A stretch of 64,000 nt of DNA from Candidatus Binatia bacterium. Lineage in GTDB: Bacteria > Desulfobacterota > Binatia > UBA9968 > CAXXLF01. The translations under genes and the position numbers were made by a program. Of this stretch, positions 23,631 through 36,632 are shown piece after piece. The stretch spans positions 1,024,001-1,088,000 of the forward strand of contig CAXXLF010000002.1 of NCBI GenBank assembly GCA_963664015.2, given 5' to 3'. Numbering within the stretch: position 1 is the first letter of the stretch; each line of letters starts with the position of its first letter. The notes under the pieces are model-generated. The model was not told the origin of the DNA. It worked only from the letters and a program-made list of their open reading frames with translations, and did not search any database.

Positions 23631-23915
23631 ATGACCAAGGCTGATATTATCACCCGGATTTATGAAAAAGTCGGGTTTTCTAAAAAGGAAGCTACCGACG
23701 TCGTTGAGATTACCTTTGAAATCATCAAATCCCGGCTCGAACAGGGGGAAAAGGTCAAAATTTCTGGATTCGGGAATTTTGACGTCAACACCAAAAACCC
23801 TCGCAAGGGCCGGAATCCCCAAACAGGCGACGAGATTACGATCAAGGGCCGCCGGGTCCTCACTTTTAAACCGAGCCAGATTTTGAAAAAGAGCATCAAT
23901 AACACCACATCCTGA
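23631..23915 (+). CDS. ihfA: Integration host factor alpha subunit
   Basis: MTKADI...VKISGFGNF...GRNPQTG; follows pheT. Confidence 0.93.
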   Translation: MTKADIITRIYEKVGFSKKEATDVVEITFEIIKSRLEQGEKVKISGFGNFDVNTKNPRKGRNPQTGDEITIKGRRVLTFKPSQILKKSINNTTS

Positions 23916-23924
23916 TCAAATTCC

Positions 23925-24278
23925 ATGCCCCCCAGTCTTCCTGATAAACTCTACTTTAAGATCGGAGAAGTGAGCAACCTCGTTGGCGTTAAACCCTACG
24001 TGCTGCGTTACTGGGAGACCGAGTTCGAAGTCCTCAAACCAGGCAAGGCCCCTTCACGCCACCGGCTTTACAAAAAAAAGGACGTTGAACTCCTTCTGGA
24101 GATAAAAAAGCTACTCTATTCGGAAGGCTATACAATCGAAGGGGCGCGAAAAAAGCTCAAAGAGGGCAAGAAGGAAGACCGTCGGCAGCTCCGGCTTCCT
24201 CTCTCGGAGAGCGGGTACCGTAACACTCTCGTCAAGATCAAAAAAGACCTTCAGTCACTCCACAAAAAGCTTACCTAG
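23925..24278 (+). CDS. MerR-family HTH regulator (ihfA-associated)
   Basis: YFKIGEVS...VLRYWETEF...[11 protein letters not shown]. Confidence 0.92.
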   Translation: MPPSLPDKLYFKIGEVSNLVGVKPYVLRYWETEFEVLKPGKAPSRHRLYKKKDVELLLEIKKLLYSEGYTIEGARKKLKEGKKEDRRQLRLPLSESGYRNTLVKIKKDLQSLHKKLT

Positions 24279-24365
24279 CTAGGTAAGCTAGATTCGATCA
24301 TCGATCCAAGACACCATTAACAGCAGGTTTCGCATACCGGATAGTGGCCAGACCTGGTATATTGA

Positions 24366-25094
24366 CTAATCCCGAATTGCAAGGTGACCGTCTTCCACGG
24401 TCAGCAGGTGACCGGTGAATTCCATTCCCGCCTCCGCGGCGAGAACAAACCAACTCCCCATGGATTCTGCGCCACGCAAGCGCTGCCGGAACTCCTCTGG
24501 TGCGTCTTCCGTAGCGATAATTCCTCCTGGGGATACCGCCACGATGCAGATATTCCATTCCCTTTCCTCTTCCGCTACGTAACGCGTAAAGGTACGGATC
24601 GCTTCCTTGGACACCACATAGGCACAACCCCCTGGTGTACGCACATTGCCACCGCCATGGAGGTTCACAACGTGTCCAACGCCCCGTGTTTCCATATGAG
24701 GCAAGACGTGCTTGGTGCAGAGGAAGGTTCCCCCTAAATTGGTCTCGATCACCCGGTCCCAAAATGCTTTATCCATATCGCAGATGGGGCTCCAGTTGGT
24801 CGCCCAGGTGAAGTGGGTCACCACTCCTGCATTATTGATCAGAATATCGATTCGACCGAATTGGTCCATCACCCGGTCAACCATACGGCAGACCTCGGAT
24901 TCTTCACGAACATCGGCCTTAATCGCAATCACTTCTGGGTCGATTCTTGCGACTTCCGCCTGCACCCGCTGGAGACGGCCAGCATCCTTTCCCACCAGAA
25001 CAACCTTGGCCCCTTCCCGTGCGAAGGATTGGGATACGGCCCTACCAATCCCCCTTGTTGCTCCGGTGATAACAATAACTTTCCCCTGCAACAT
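24366..25094 (-). CDS. Short-chain dehydrogenase/reductase (SDR)
   Basis: TGATRGIG, INNAG, YVVSK (YxxxK). Confidence 0.9.
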   Translation of the reverse strand: MLQGKVIVITGATRGIGRAVSQSFAREGAKVVLVGKDAGRLQRVQAEVARIDPEVIAIKADVREESEVCRMVDRVMDQFGRIDILINNAGVVTHFTWATNWSPICDMDKAFWDRVIETNLGGTFLCTKHVLPHMETRGVGHVVNLHGGGNVRTPGGCAYVVSKEAIRTFTRYVAEEEREWNICIVAVSPGGIIATEDAPEEFRQRLRGAESMGSWFVLAAEAGMEFTGHLLTVEDGHLAIRD

Positions 25095-25388
25095 ACCCCC
25101 CCCACTAACCGGCCCCTTCGGCCCGTGCCCGATTGCAGCATACTCGAATTGCCCATTGCCCTACCCATCCCAGCCGCCGAACCGCCGAGCCCAATATTGC
25201 CACAACCCAGATTTTACGACAAACAAAAGGATCTGCACCGGTAAAAGCGGATCTGAAAAGAGAGAGGCGGTCGAGGTGCCTAACGTTAAAGAGGCAGTTA
25301 AAAACTATCCGTATCTGTAAATCGACCGGCGAATTTCAAAAGACCGGGGTCAATCAAGCAAAGGGGAAAGTTGCCGCTTCTCCCCTTT

Positions 25389-25478
25389 GAAAACCCCGTC
25401 GGTCCTTCGACTTTGCTCAGGATGGTGAGCTTGTCGAACCACTTTGTGCTCGCCTCAAGAGGCGGGTTTTAACCTCGA
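25389..25478. repeat. Palindromic intergenic repeat family 1, copy 2
   Basis: Same sequence as 8039..8136 without the extra GTCGGTCGA segment. Confidence 0.9.
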
Positions 25479-25529
25479 ATTGACCTAAAGGATTAGGAAT
25501 GTTACATAAACTTCTGGTGGATCGGTCGT

Positions 25530-25606
25530 CGGGGCGTAGCGCAGCCTGGTAGCGCACACGCTTGGGGTGCGTGAGGTCGCTGGTTCAAATCCAGTCGCCC
25601 CGACCA
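25530..25606 (+). tRNA. tRNA-Pro (GGG)
   Basis: CGGGGCG/CGCCCCG acceptor, CACGC-TTGGGGT-GCGTG anticodon arm, GGTTCAAATCC, CCA. Confidence 0.97.
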
Positions 25607-25616
25607 CTTTTCAGCA

Positions 25617-26354
25617 ATGGCACCAAACTCCTATGGATTGGATGAATTAGGTGCGAGGGACGCGAGGAATGCCAATCCTCCATCAAGGGTGAAGCAACTA
25701 GATCCATTTTCAAAAGCGATTCATAACGCGCGGGAACGGATGGTTCGTGAGCACCTTGTGGAAAGGGGCATAGAAGACCGGCGCGTTCTGAAGGCCATGG
25801 CCAAGATTCCCAGGCATCTGTTTGTAGAGAGTGCCCTGGCGGATCGAGCCTATGACGACGAGCCCCTGCCCATTGGCGAGCGACAAACCATCTCACAACC
25901 CTATACGGTAGGCTTAATGACCGAGGCCCTGGAACTCAAAGGGGGAGAGAAGGTCCTGGAGGTCGGCACCGGATCGGCCTACCAAACCTCTGTCCTTGCT
26001 GAGCTTTGTCTCAACGTCTTTTCGGTCGAAAAATTCTATTCCCTAGCCGAGCGAGCCCGTGTTATCCTAGATGAGTTGAACTACTACAACGTGGCGCTGC
26101 ATGTCGGGGACGGGACCTTGGGTTGGCCTGAGCATGCCCCCTACGATGCCATCATTGTAACCGCAGGTTCTCCAGAAGTCCCTGGCCCGTTGTTAGGGCA
26201 ACTGTCGATACGCGGGAAACTGGTCGTTCCCATTGGCACCGAGCAGGGGCAAACGCTCAAACGTTTCCGACGGACCATTGCCGGTGTAAAAGAAGAGGGC
26301 TTGGGGAATTGTCGTTTTGTTAAGCTCATGGGGAAATACGGTTGGGCTGGATAA
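25617..26354 (+). CDS. pcm: Protein-L-isoaspartate O-methyltransferase (start uncertain)
   Basis: [45 protein letters not shown]. Confidence 0.95.
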   Translation: MAPNSYGLDELGARDARNANPPSRVKQLDPFSKAIHNARERMVREHLVERGIEDRRVLKAMAKIPRHLFVESALADRAYDDEPLPIGERQTISQPYTVGLMTEALELKGGEKVLEVGTGSAYQTSVLAELCLNVFSVEKFYSLAERARVILDELNYYNVALHVGDGTLGWPEHAPYDAIIVTAGSPEVPGPLLGQLSIRGKLVVPIGTEQGQTLKRFRRTIAGVKEEGLGNCRFVKLMGKYGWAG

Positions 26355-27057
26355 GCGCAGCGGTGGCTTTTTCTGCCTCCTCCTGATTTCTCTATTCCTG
26401 TTCCAGGCTTGCGTCCCTCAAAGCCGGGTTCCATCCCGGCAAAAAAACAAGGGGATCTACCACCTGGTCAAGCCCAGGGAGAACCTTTTCCGAATCGGTA
26501 AGGCTTACGATATCGATTACAAGACCCTGGCCCGAATCAACCGGATCCGCCACCCGAATCAAGTACGGGCGGGCCAGCGGCTCTTCATCCCAGGAGCCAG
26601 TCGTCCACTGCCCGTACAAATCATCACCCCGTCGAAAACCACACTGAAGCGCCCTTTGCCCTCGCCAACCCGGGGCAAAGCGAAAGAAGGATATCGCTGG
26701 CCTATTCGAGGTAGGATCACTTCAAGATTCGGCCCTCGCGGCAGGACGTTCCATGACGGGATCGACATTGCAGCTCGCACGGGAACCCCCATCCGGGCTA
26801 TCGCAGGAGGCAAAATCATCTTCAGCGATAAACTTCGTGGTTATGGGAACCTCGTTATCGTGCAACACCCCCAGCGAACCGTCTCGGTTTACGCCCATAA
26901 CCGGCGCAACCTCGCCAAAAAAGGGAAGCGGGTAAATCGAGGCGAAGTGATTGCCGAGGTAGGAAGTACCGGTCGTATCACCGGACCTCATCTCCACCTC
27001 GAGATACGGAAAAACAACGTGGCGACCAATCCGCTTTATTATTTGCCCAAGTTGTGA
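26317..27057 (+). CDS. LysM + M23 peptidase lipoprotein (NlpD-like; start approximate)
   Basis: Lipobox FQAC, LysM (YHLVKPRENLFRIGKAY), M23 motifs HDGID, YAH and GPHLHLEIR; follows pcm. Confidence 0.9.
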   Translation: MLSSWGNTVGLDKRSGGFFCLLLISLFLFQACVPQSRVPSRQKNKGIYHLVKPRENLFRIGKAYDIDYKTLARINRIRHPNQVRAGQRLFIPGASRPLPVQIITPSKTTLKRPLPSPTRGKAKEGYRWPIRGRITSRFGPRGRTFHDGIDIAARTGTPIRAIAGGKIIFSDKLRGYGNLVIVQHPQRTVSVYAHNRRNLAKKGKRVNRGEVIAEVGSTGRITGPHLHLEIRKNNVATNPLYYLPKL

Positions 27058-27070
27058 TAGCTGAAGTTTC

Positions 27071-27607
27071 ATGGAAGAAGTTATTCGAGATATCCGTCAG
27101 GCGATTCGGGATATACCTGATTTTCCGAAGCCCGGAATTGTCTACAAGGACATCACCCCTCTGCTCAACAATGGCCCCCTTTTCAAGAGAACCATTAATC
27201 TTTTAGCAGAACGTTATCAGTCCCAGGCTGTGGATACGGTTGTCGGCATCGAGTCCCGCGGGTTCATCATCGGGTCTGCTCTCGCCTACGCTCTGGGAGC
27301 AGGCTTCTGTATCGCGCGCAAACCGGGCAAACTGCCCTACGAGACCCACGCCGCAAGTTACGAGCTGGAATACGGGTCCGACTCTCTGGAAATGCACCGC
27401 GACGGTCTGGCGCCCGGCTCCCGCGTCATTATCGTCGACGATCTGATCGCCACTGGCGGGACAGCCGCCGCAGCAGCCAGCCTGGTCTCCAGGCTCTCTG
27501 GTGAGTTGATCGAACTTGCCTTCGTCCTCGAGTTGTCCTTCCTCAAGGGTCGTGAAAAGCTAACCCCCCAAGGGGTTTATTCGCTGGTCAGTTTTGACTC
27601 GGAATAA
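27071..27607 (+). CDS. apt: Adenine phosphoribosyltransferase
   Basis: IPDFPKPGIVYKDITPLL, IESRGF, IVDDLIATGGT. Confidence 0.97.
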   Translation: MEEVIRDIRQAIRDIPDFPKPGIVYKDITPLLNNGPLFKRTINLLAERYQSQAVDTVVGIESRGFIIGSALAYALGAGFCIARKPGKLPYETHAASYELEYGSDSLEMHRDGLAPGSRVIIVDDLIATGGTAAAAASLVSRLSGELIELAFVLELSFLKGREKLTPQGVYSLVSFDSE

Positions 27608-27616
27608 TTGCCGAAA

Positions 27617-27730
27617 ATGAAGCCTCCACGGGTATACGCCCGTGGTATCCTTTCTTATCTTCGGCGGAATCCGCAGTCGCACCCTCCTTACCAACTCCGC
27701 CGAAGCAACTGCTTCGGCTGCGAATGCGGG
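27617..27730 (+). repeat. Palindromic mini-element family 2, copy A
   Basis: ATGAAGCCTCCACGGGTATACGCCCGTGGTATCCTTTCTTATCTTCGGCGGAATCCGC..., shared with 43988..44048 and the reverse strand of 62298..62449. Confidence 0.85.
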
Positions 27731-27802
27731 AACGAAAGTCAGAATCTCTGAATAGGCACCTGGACCGGATTCTGAATAGACCATTGAACCTCTCGCCATT
27801 CC

Positions 27803-27830
27803 TTGACAATGACTGTTAATGCTTTATACG
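27803..27830 (+). promoter_or_regulatory. Putative sigma70 promoter for nuoI-thiC
   Basis: TTGACA-N16-TATACG, about 35 nt upstream of the ATG. Confidence 0.5.
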
Positions 27831-27864
27831 TGTAGGGGGGTAAAATTAAAAAAAGAAAAGCTCT

Positions 27865-30403
<2,539 letters not shown>

Positions 30404-30411
30404 CCAACCGG

Positions 30412-31794
30412 CTATTTGACGTACTTGCTGACATCCACCCGAGCCAGGGCATCCTCGGGGACTTCGTTTCGAATAGGGAACTCTCCTTTGAGCGGCTTGG
30501 TCGCATCGATAATCGCCACCGCATCACCCAACCAGCCGCGAAAGCTCTGGACTTTACCAATGACTTCCAGATCTTCATCCCAGTGGGTGCGGCTCCCTAC
30601 CGCCCAGAGGACCTCCCTTTCGTTAAACACATCGACGTCCTCGTCTACAACCACTGCCAGTTTGAGATTGGGCATCTCAACGAAGGCCTGCATGGCGGCT
30701 TTTCGTGGCTCATTATCAAACCTCTTTTTTATCGAAATATAGCTGATCATTCGACTACAACCCGACGGCGGAAGATTAACCGCTGTTACTCCCGGCACGT
30801 TTTTTTTAATGCTTTTGAACACGCTGGCCTCTTTGGGAATTCCACCGAGAAGCCAATGGTCCATCTGGCCGGCCCAAATATCCTGAAGAATAGCGTTTTT
30901 CCTATGTGTGATAGCTGTGACTTCGATAACGGGAACATTCATCTGCGCCTGATAGTAGCCCATGACCTCACCGAAGGGGTTTTGTGATTCCCGCACGTTG
31001 GGAAGCACCTCTCCCTCAATGATGATTTCGGCATCCGCAGGAACGAGGAACTCATCCTTCCAAGTTTCCGACGCAGTCAGACGTAACGGTTCGCCGACAA
31101 AGGCAGAGGCCGTCTCGTAATCATCATTACCGTAAGGAGTCATACAACACGACGAGAGATAAAAGGCCGGGTGATGTCCCAAAACAACAATCACCGGAGC
31201 CCGCTGGTTCTTTTTTTCGTATTCCGTAACCATGGTTTCCAGATGATGGTGAGCGTGGGCCGAAAAACTCATGCGCCGCGGACCGATGAACATGTTCTTG
31301 GTGAACGTGATGTCATAGAACCCGCCTTCGGGACTCTTCATGGCGCAGGCCATGGTGAAATAGGGGGCCGCATCATCTTTGTGGTGCATCGGTATAGGAA
31401 GGGTTCGCAGGTCCACCTGATCCTTTTTAATAACGACCTCCTTGCAGGGAGCCGTCCCGCTGGCTACGACCTTCGTCTCTCCCTTTTGCTGCTCCCGTCG
31501 CGAAATCTCCAGACCCAGATCCATACTGGACTTGAGATCGCCCATACCCAGGGCATCCGCGCAGAACTGGCGTGTAACAAACGGGTTATAGAAAAGTGGT
31601 ATAGGAGACGGCCCCCCCCCCAAAGTGAGAACCTTTTCAAAGAGGACCATTTTCTCGATACCCCTCTGATCCAACTGCTTCAGAAAGGCAATGGTCTCAA
31701 ACCGGTTAGGATCAATGGTCTCCTTGACCCGGATGACCGACCCTGGCCTCTTTTCTTCCTCCATGGCGAGGAAGCTCTGCAGATCCTGACTCAT
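30412..31794 (-). CDS. UbiD-family (de)carboxylase-like protein
   Basis: APCKEVV, DLRTLPIP, VPADAEIIIEG, PFGE.MGYY, VVVDEDVDVFN.REVLWA. Confidence 0.88.
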   Translation of the reverse strand: MSQDLQSFLAMEEEKRPGSVIRVKETIDPNRFETIAFLKQLDQRGIEKMVLFEKVLTLGGGPSPIPLFYNPFVTRQFCADALGMGDLKSSMDLGLEISRREQQKGETKVVASGTAPCKEVVIKKDQVDLRTLPIPMHHKDDAAPYFTMACAMKSPEGGFYDITFTKNMFIGPRRMSFSAHAHHHLETMVTEYEKKNQRAPVIVVLGHHPAFYLSSCCMTPYGNDDYETASAFVGEPLRLTASETWKDEFLVPADAEIIIEGEVLPNVRESQNPFGEVMGYYQAQMNVPVIEVTAITHRKNAILQDIWAGQMDHWLLGGIPKEASVFKSIKKNVPGVTAVNLPPSGCSRMISYISIKKRFDNEPRKAAMQAFVEMPNLKLAVVVDEDVDVFNEREVLWAVGSRTHWDEDLEVIGKVQSFRGWLGDAVAIIDATKPLKGEFPIRNEVPEDALARVDVSKYVK

Positions 31795-31940
31795 ACCTCT
31801 CCTCCTGTTAATTTTTCAGCGCGTTGTCCTTGGTGGCTTAATTCCTAGCAGTACTACCTTGCCCGGAGATTTGAGTCAAATGGACGGGTTTGTACACCAA
31901 TTAACGTGGCATTATGCTATGGAGAGAGTGATCTTAAGGC

Positions 31941-34900
31941 GTGAACGGACTTGAAGATATACCTGGGGTGGGTCCTTCCCAACGGGAACGCATCGAGCGG
32001 CTGATCGCCGAGAGTCCTTCCCCACCGCTGGCTCGAAGTCATCTCTTGCGGCTCCTGGAGACCTCGGATCCGGCGTCTCTTAACGAACGATCCGACGAAG
32101 CTCTGTCCGCTCTCTTCCACCTCCTGGGGGGAAGCGCCTTCCTGAGCGAGATCCTGGTGGGCGTGGGGGAGCCATGGCCTCGGGTCTTCCATGAACTAAT
32201 CCGGATATCGGTAAAGAGAGTGGCCCAACACCTCGCCGATGTTTCCCCTCTCTTGCACACCGATCCGTCCCTAGAACAACTTGCCCGTGTAATACGCCGA
32301 CACAAACAGCGGGAGAACCTTCGCATCGGCGCCAGAGATCTCTCCTTTCGGGCGCCCCCCATAGAGACTATGAACGAAATGACCTCCCTGGCCGACGCCT
32401 GCTTGGAGATTGCCTATCGATACTGCCGCACGGATCTGGAAAAGGACTTCGGCAGGCTCACCGTGCCCGGAACGGATAAGGATAACGGACTCACCATCCT
32501 CGGCATGGGCAAACTGGGAGGAGAGGAGTTGAATTTTAGCTCCGACATCAATCTGATCTATCTCTATGAGGATGACCAGGGGGAAAGCACAGGTGGGAAG
32601 AAAGGGAAAACGGTCCCTCAGGACTTCTTCACCCGCTTGGCAGAGCGTATCACCCGTCTCATGGGAGAAGTGACCGAAGACGGGTTCGTTTTTTTGGACC
32701 GACCTGCGCCCAAGGCCCCTGGGACGCAACGGCCCCCTGGTCCAATCCCTCGACTCAACTTTGCTCGACTATGAGTCTTGGGGGCAGTCGTGGGAACGCG
32801 CTGCACTGATTAAAACGCGAGCTGTAGCGGGCGCCCGGGAACTCGGTAATAGGTTTATCGAGGAAGTGGCACCGTTCATCTACCGCCGTTACCTGGACTA
32901 TACTACGGTCGAGGACCTTCGGGAGATGAAGATACGCATTGAGCAGGAGCTACTGGACCCCACGAGCAAAGAACGAGACCTCAAACGCGGGCCCGGGGGA
33001 ATCCGCGAGGTCGAATTTTCACTCAGGCGCTACAGCTCGTGAACGGGGGATATGGGCCCCAGATTCGCGGCCCAAACACCCTCGCATCCCTCGACCGCCT
33101 CGCCCAGTTTGGGTTCATCCCACAGGAGGAAAAATAGGATTTGAGCGAGGCCTATCTCTTTTTACGCAACGTGGAGCATAAGATCCAAATGGTTCGTGAA
33201 GCGCACACCTATTTTATGCCTAAAGCGGAAGATGAGGAGCACGCTCTGGCCCGCCGCTTAAATTACGGGATCGAATCTCAGGGCAAGGAACGCGAGTATT
33301 TCTGGGACGCCTACCATCATTTCACTAGCCAAGTACGCCACTCCTTCGAACAGCTCTTCTTTGGAGCCCAGAGGGGAATTGAGACCGAATCGAGCGGAAT
33401 GGCGGGAAAACTCTGGAACGATCTCAACCATGAGGAATTGGCCCTCGAGGAAGGAGAGAAGCTCGGCTTCGCCGACTCCGAAAGAGCCTGCCGGAGCCTT
33501 TTGGAAATACGCGAGGGAACCCCTTATTCACCCGCCAGCCCAAGGAGGCACAAGGTGATGCGTGCGCTGGGTCCTGCGCTCATGGCTGAGGTCCTACGCT
33601 TCGGGTCGCCCGACCAGACCCTGTTTCATCTGGCCGAGTTCGGCCATCGCGTAAGCGGTCGCACGGGGTTCCTTTCCCTATTGGCGGAAACCCCCAAGAC
33701 CATGCGCCTCCTGATCAGACTCTTTGCCAACAGCCGATTCCTGACCGAGCTTTTTCTCAAACGGCCCGAACTCCTCGACAACCTGATCCGGGTGGACTTG
33801 AGCCGGCTCAGGAAAACCCAGGGCGAAATGGTGAGCGAGCTCCAATCCAACCTGGAGCAAGCCCAAGACCTGGAAGCAAAGCTCAACGCCTTACGGCGTT
33901 ACCGAACGGAAGAGTTCATTCGCATCGGTCTACACGACATTGGCGAAGAGCTGGAGTTAGAGGAGGTCATCAGCCAGCTCTCCGACCTGGCTGATGCTTG
34001 CCTCCAGGGGACTGTAACTCTCGCCTACGAAGAGGTCGACAAAGGCTTAGGACCCATCACGGGGGGCCAATTTGGGATCATGGCCATGGGAGAACTCGGC
34101 GGCAGGGAAATCAACTACCACTCGGACCTCGACATCATTTTCATTTATGCCACACTGGGGAGTCTCATCAGGAAGCAAACGCCGGTCATGCCCATGAGTA
34201 CTTTGTGCGGGTGGGGCAAAAGATCATCACCTTTCATACCGCGCCGATGGAAGAAGGAGTCGTCTGCAAGATCGATATGCAGCTCCGCCCATCGGGCAAA
34301 AGCGGGGCCTTTGGTTACCTCCCTGGAAGCCCTTCGTAACTATCACGAGACCAGCGCCGACCTATGGGAACGCCAAGCACTCATCAAATCGCGGTTTGCC
34401 GTTGGCAATGAGGATCTTGGCCGTGCCGCCGAGACCGTAGCGCAGGCCACCGCCTACGGGCGAGGGCTAGAGGAGAAAGGAGTCGGTGAAATCCATCACC
34501 TGAGAATAAGGATGGAAAAGGAACTGGCTGGTGAAAGCCAGTCCAGGTTCAACCTCAAAAAAGGGAGGGGCGGCATGGCAGACATTGAATTCACCACCCA
34601 GATGCTCCAGCTTTTACATGAGCGGCGTCATCCAAGCCTACGCAAAACGGGTACCCTGGAGGCCCTGAGAGAGCTCAGGGATATCGATATCGTCCCTGAT
34701 GATGACTACCTCCTCCTGTCGGAGGGATACCGTATCCTGCGCCGACTGGACCACCGGTTGCGCCTCGAACAGGATCAGTCCCTCGACATCCTCGAACGAG
34801 AATCAACGAAACTTCAGGGGATCGCACACGCCATGGGATACAAAGCCGACGACGAGGGGCAACTCCTGCTCAAGGACTACGAACAACGCCGCGAGCAAAT

Positions 34901-34976
34901 CTGCTCGTGTTATAACCGGTATTTTAGTGTCGTCGACAAGGCGGAACAGATTGAACTTACGTCTGACCAAAACTAG
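31941..34976 (+). pseudogene. glnE: Bifunctional glutamine synthetase adenylyltransferase/deadenylase with multiple frameshifts
   Basis: GMGKLGGEELNFSSD, WERAALIK, LKRGPGGIREVEF and the second-domain WERQALIK and LKKGRGGMADIEF are spread over several frames (shifts near 32692, 33018, 34150, 34300). Confidence 0.9.
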
Positions 34977-35093
34977 AAACTATACAGCGACCGCTGAGGG
35001 GACGACCCCTTTGGCTGCAGCCTACAGCCTCGCGCCATTCGGAGCCACACCATTGGACGAAAGGGACTCCCGAAGACAAATTGACCGACGAGA

Positions 35094-35125
35094 ACTGAGA
35101 GCTGACGGCTGAAAGCTGATAGCTA
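35094..35125. repeat. Degenerate heptamer tandem repeat (GCTGANN)n
   Basis: ACTGAGA GCTGACG GCTGAAA GCTGATA GCTA, abutting the stop of the DUF1152-like gene. Confidence 0.65.
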
Positions 35126-36103
35126 AGCCTTGGGCGAGCGAAGAGGGGAAGTGTCAATTCTGTACCGTTCCCGCTCGAGGTCGAGTTCGGTCTTGAGTCC
35201 AATGGAATGGAGTGCAGCATTTGCCTCGTCCAGCGTGGCACTTCCTACCAGGGCTTGCGCAGGACGGGAAAGGGTTTGGAAGACAACTGAGGGGGAAAGG
35301 AAAAAAGTCAGTGCCGTCAGTGGGGTCAACCTGACGGTTCTCTCCTCGTGACGGATCATTTTCTCCCCCCAAGCCCCCAAGGCACACTCCACGGGTATTG
35401 CACTTGCCTCCGTATTGACCCGTTTGATTACCTCCTGCATCTCCGCCACCATTTTTGGGGTGAGGGCCCAAGCTCCCAGGAATCCACCGGCCTTCGCCAC
35501 CACGCTCAATGCTTTTTCGACCTCGTCTGTGGTCAACTCACCGTCACTACCGTAGCCATAAACTCCCCACAGTGTTCGAACTCCACGTTTTTCCAATTGG
35601 GAACACGCTGCCAGCATGATCGAATCTGCAAGAGGGCTACGCAAACCTTTCTCCCCTCCCTCAGCGAGGGAATCGCCCCCAACGTCGAGGCCCACGAAAA
35701 GATCCGCTTTTAACTCCTTGAGGGCCAACTCTATCCCCTCGATCACCCCTTTGACCCCACCGTTAATATCCACAAGCAAAACATCGCGGCCAAGAAATTC
35801 TGCCATTCTAGATTCGGCAAAATAGACATCGGAGCGAGTCTTGGTCTGGGGATTCGCCAACCCCATTCTGGGGTGAATGATCTTTACATTTTCTATTTCA
35901 TCCAAGGAACGGGGACCGGGTTCGGGATCATAAACATAGCGTTCCCAGGAGAGTCCACCGAGGGTAAAGTCAACGCCGCAGAATTCGACAAACCGTGCCG
36001 TGGCCAAAGCTCCAACCACATCCCCTCCCCCGCCAACTCCAACGACCAGTGCGTGAGAAGAAGACCGGATCAGGTCTTCCAGCGATAGGTGAGACTTTTC
36101 CAT
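35123..36103 (-). CDS. DUF1152-like protein
   Basis: LVVGVGGGGDVVG, LDVGGDSLAEG.E.GLRSPLADS, GYGSDGEL. Confidence 0.75.
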   Translation of the reverse strand: MEKSHLSLEDLIRSSSHALVVGVGGGGDVVGALATARFVEFCGVDFTLGGLSWERYVYDPEPGPRSLDEIENVKIIHPRMGLANPQTKTRSDVYFAESRMAEFLGRDVLLVDINGGVKGVIEGIELALKELKADLFVGLDVGGDSLAEGGEKGLRSPLADSIMLAACSQLEKRGVRTLWGVYGYGSDGELTTDEVEKALSVVAKAGGFLGAWALTPKMVAEMQEVIKRVNTEASAIPVECALGAWGEKMIRHEERTVRLTPLTALTFFLSPSVVFQTLSRPAQALVGSATLDEANAALHSIGLKTELDLERERYRIDTSPLRSPKA

Positions 36104-36125
36104 TGGGCCTTATCGGTGAAAGGCC

Positions 36126-36578
36126 TCAGGGGTGTATCTTCTTCGTCGTCTTGTTTCCCAGAAAGGCCCCTGCTTTCGCTACTGTCGACTTTTCTGTCTG
36201 AAATGAGAGGCGCTCGATAGCCTCCGAAATGGGGACCCAGCAAGCCTCTTCAGCCTCATGGTCGTGCTGGCTCACATCCCCTCCGAGACAGCGCATCAGA
36301 TAAAAATAGACCCGTTTGGAGATTCTAATGTCTTCGTTCTCGTTATTCCTCCCCGTGAACCAATAGGAAGTTTCCCCAATTTGCGTTACGATCTTACCCT
36401 CTAAACCGGTCTCTTCCCTAACTTCCCTGAGCGCCGTATCCGGCAGTTTTTCTCCCTGCTCCACCTGGCCCTTGGGAAGGCACCAACGTCGCCCGACGCG
36501 AATCAGGACAACCTCAGTCGTACCCTCCCGCAACCGATAAACAACCCCCCCACAGGAGACTTTCTTCACCGTACGCAT
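36126..36578 (-). CDS. NUDIX hydrolase
   Basis: Nudix box PKGQVEQGEKLPDTALREVREETG. Confidence 0.93.
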   Translation of the reverse strand: MRTVKKVSCGGVVYRLREGTTEVVLIRVGRRWCLPKGQVEQGEKLPDTALREVREETGLEGKIVTQIGETSYWFTGRNNENEDIRISKRVYFYLMRCLGGDVSQHDHEAEEACWVPISEAIERLSFQTEKSTVAKAGAFLGNKTTKKIHP

Positions 36579-36632
36579 ATGATCTTAACTCGATCCGCCT
36601 ATGCCCAACCCTGCCACTCTCTCCTCTATTCC

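Noticed and set aside
32689-32695. Programmed ribosomal frameshift at the T7 run in glnE
   Set aside because: Several further shifts and degraded catalytic motifs point to decay rather than recoding.
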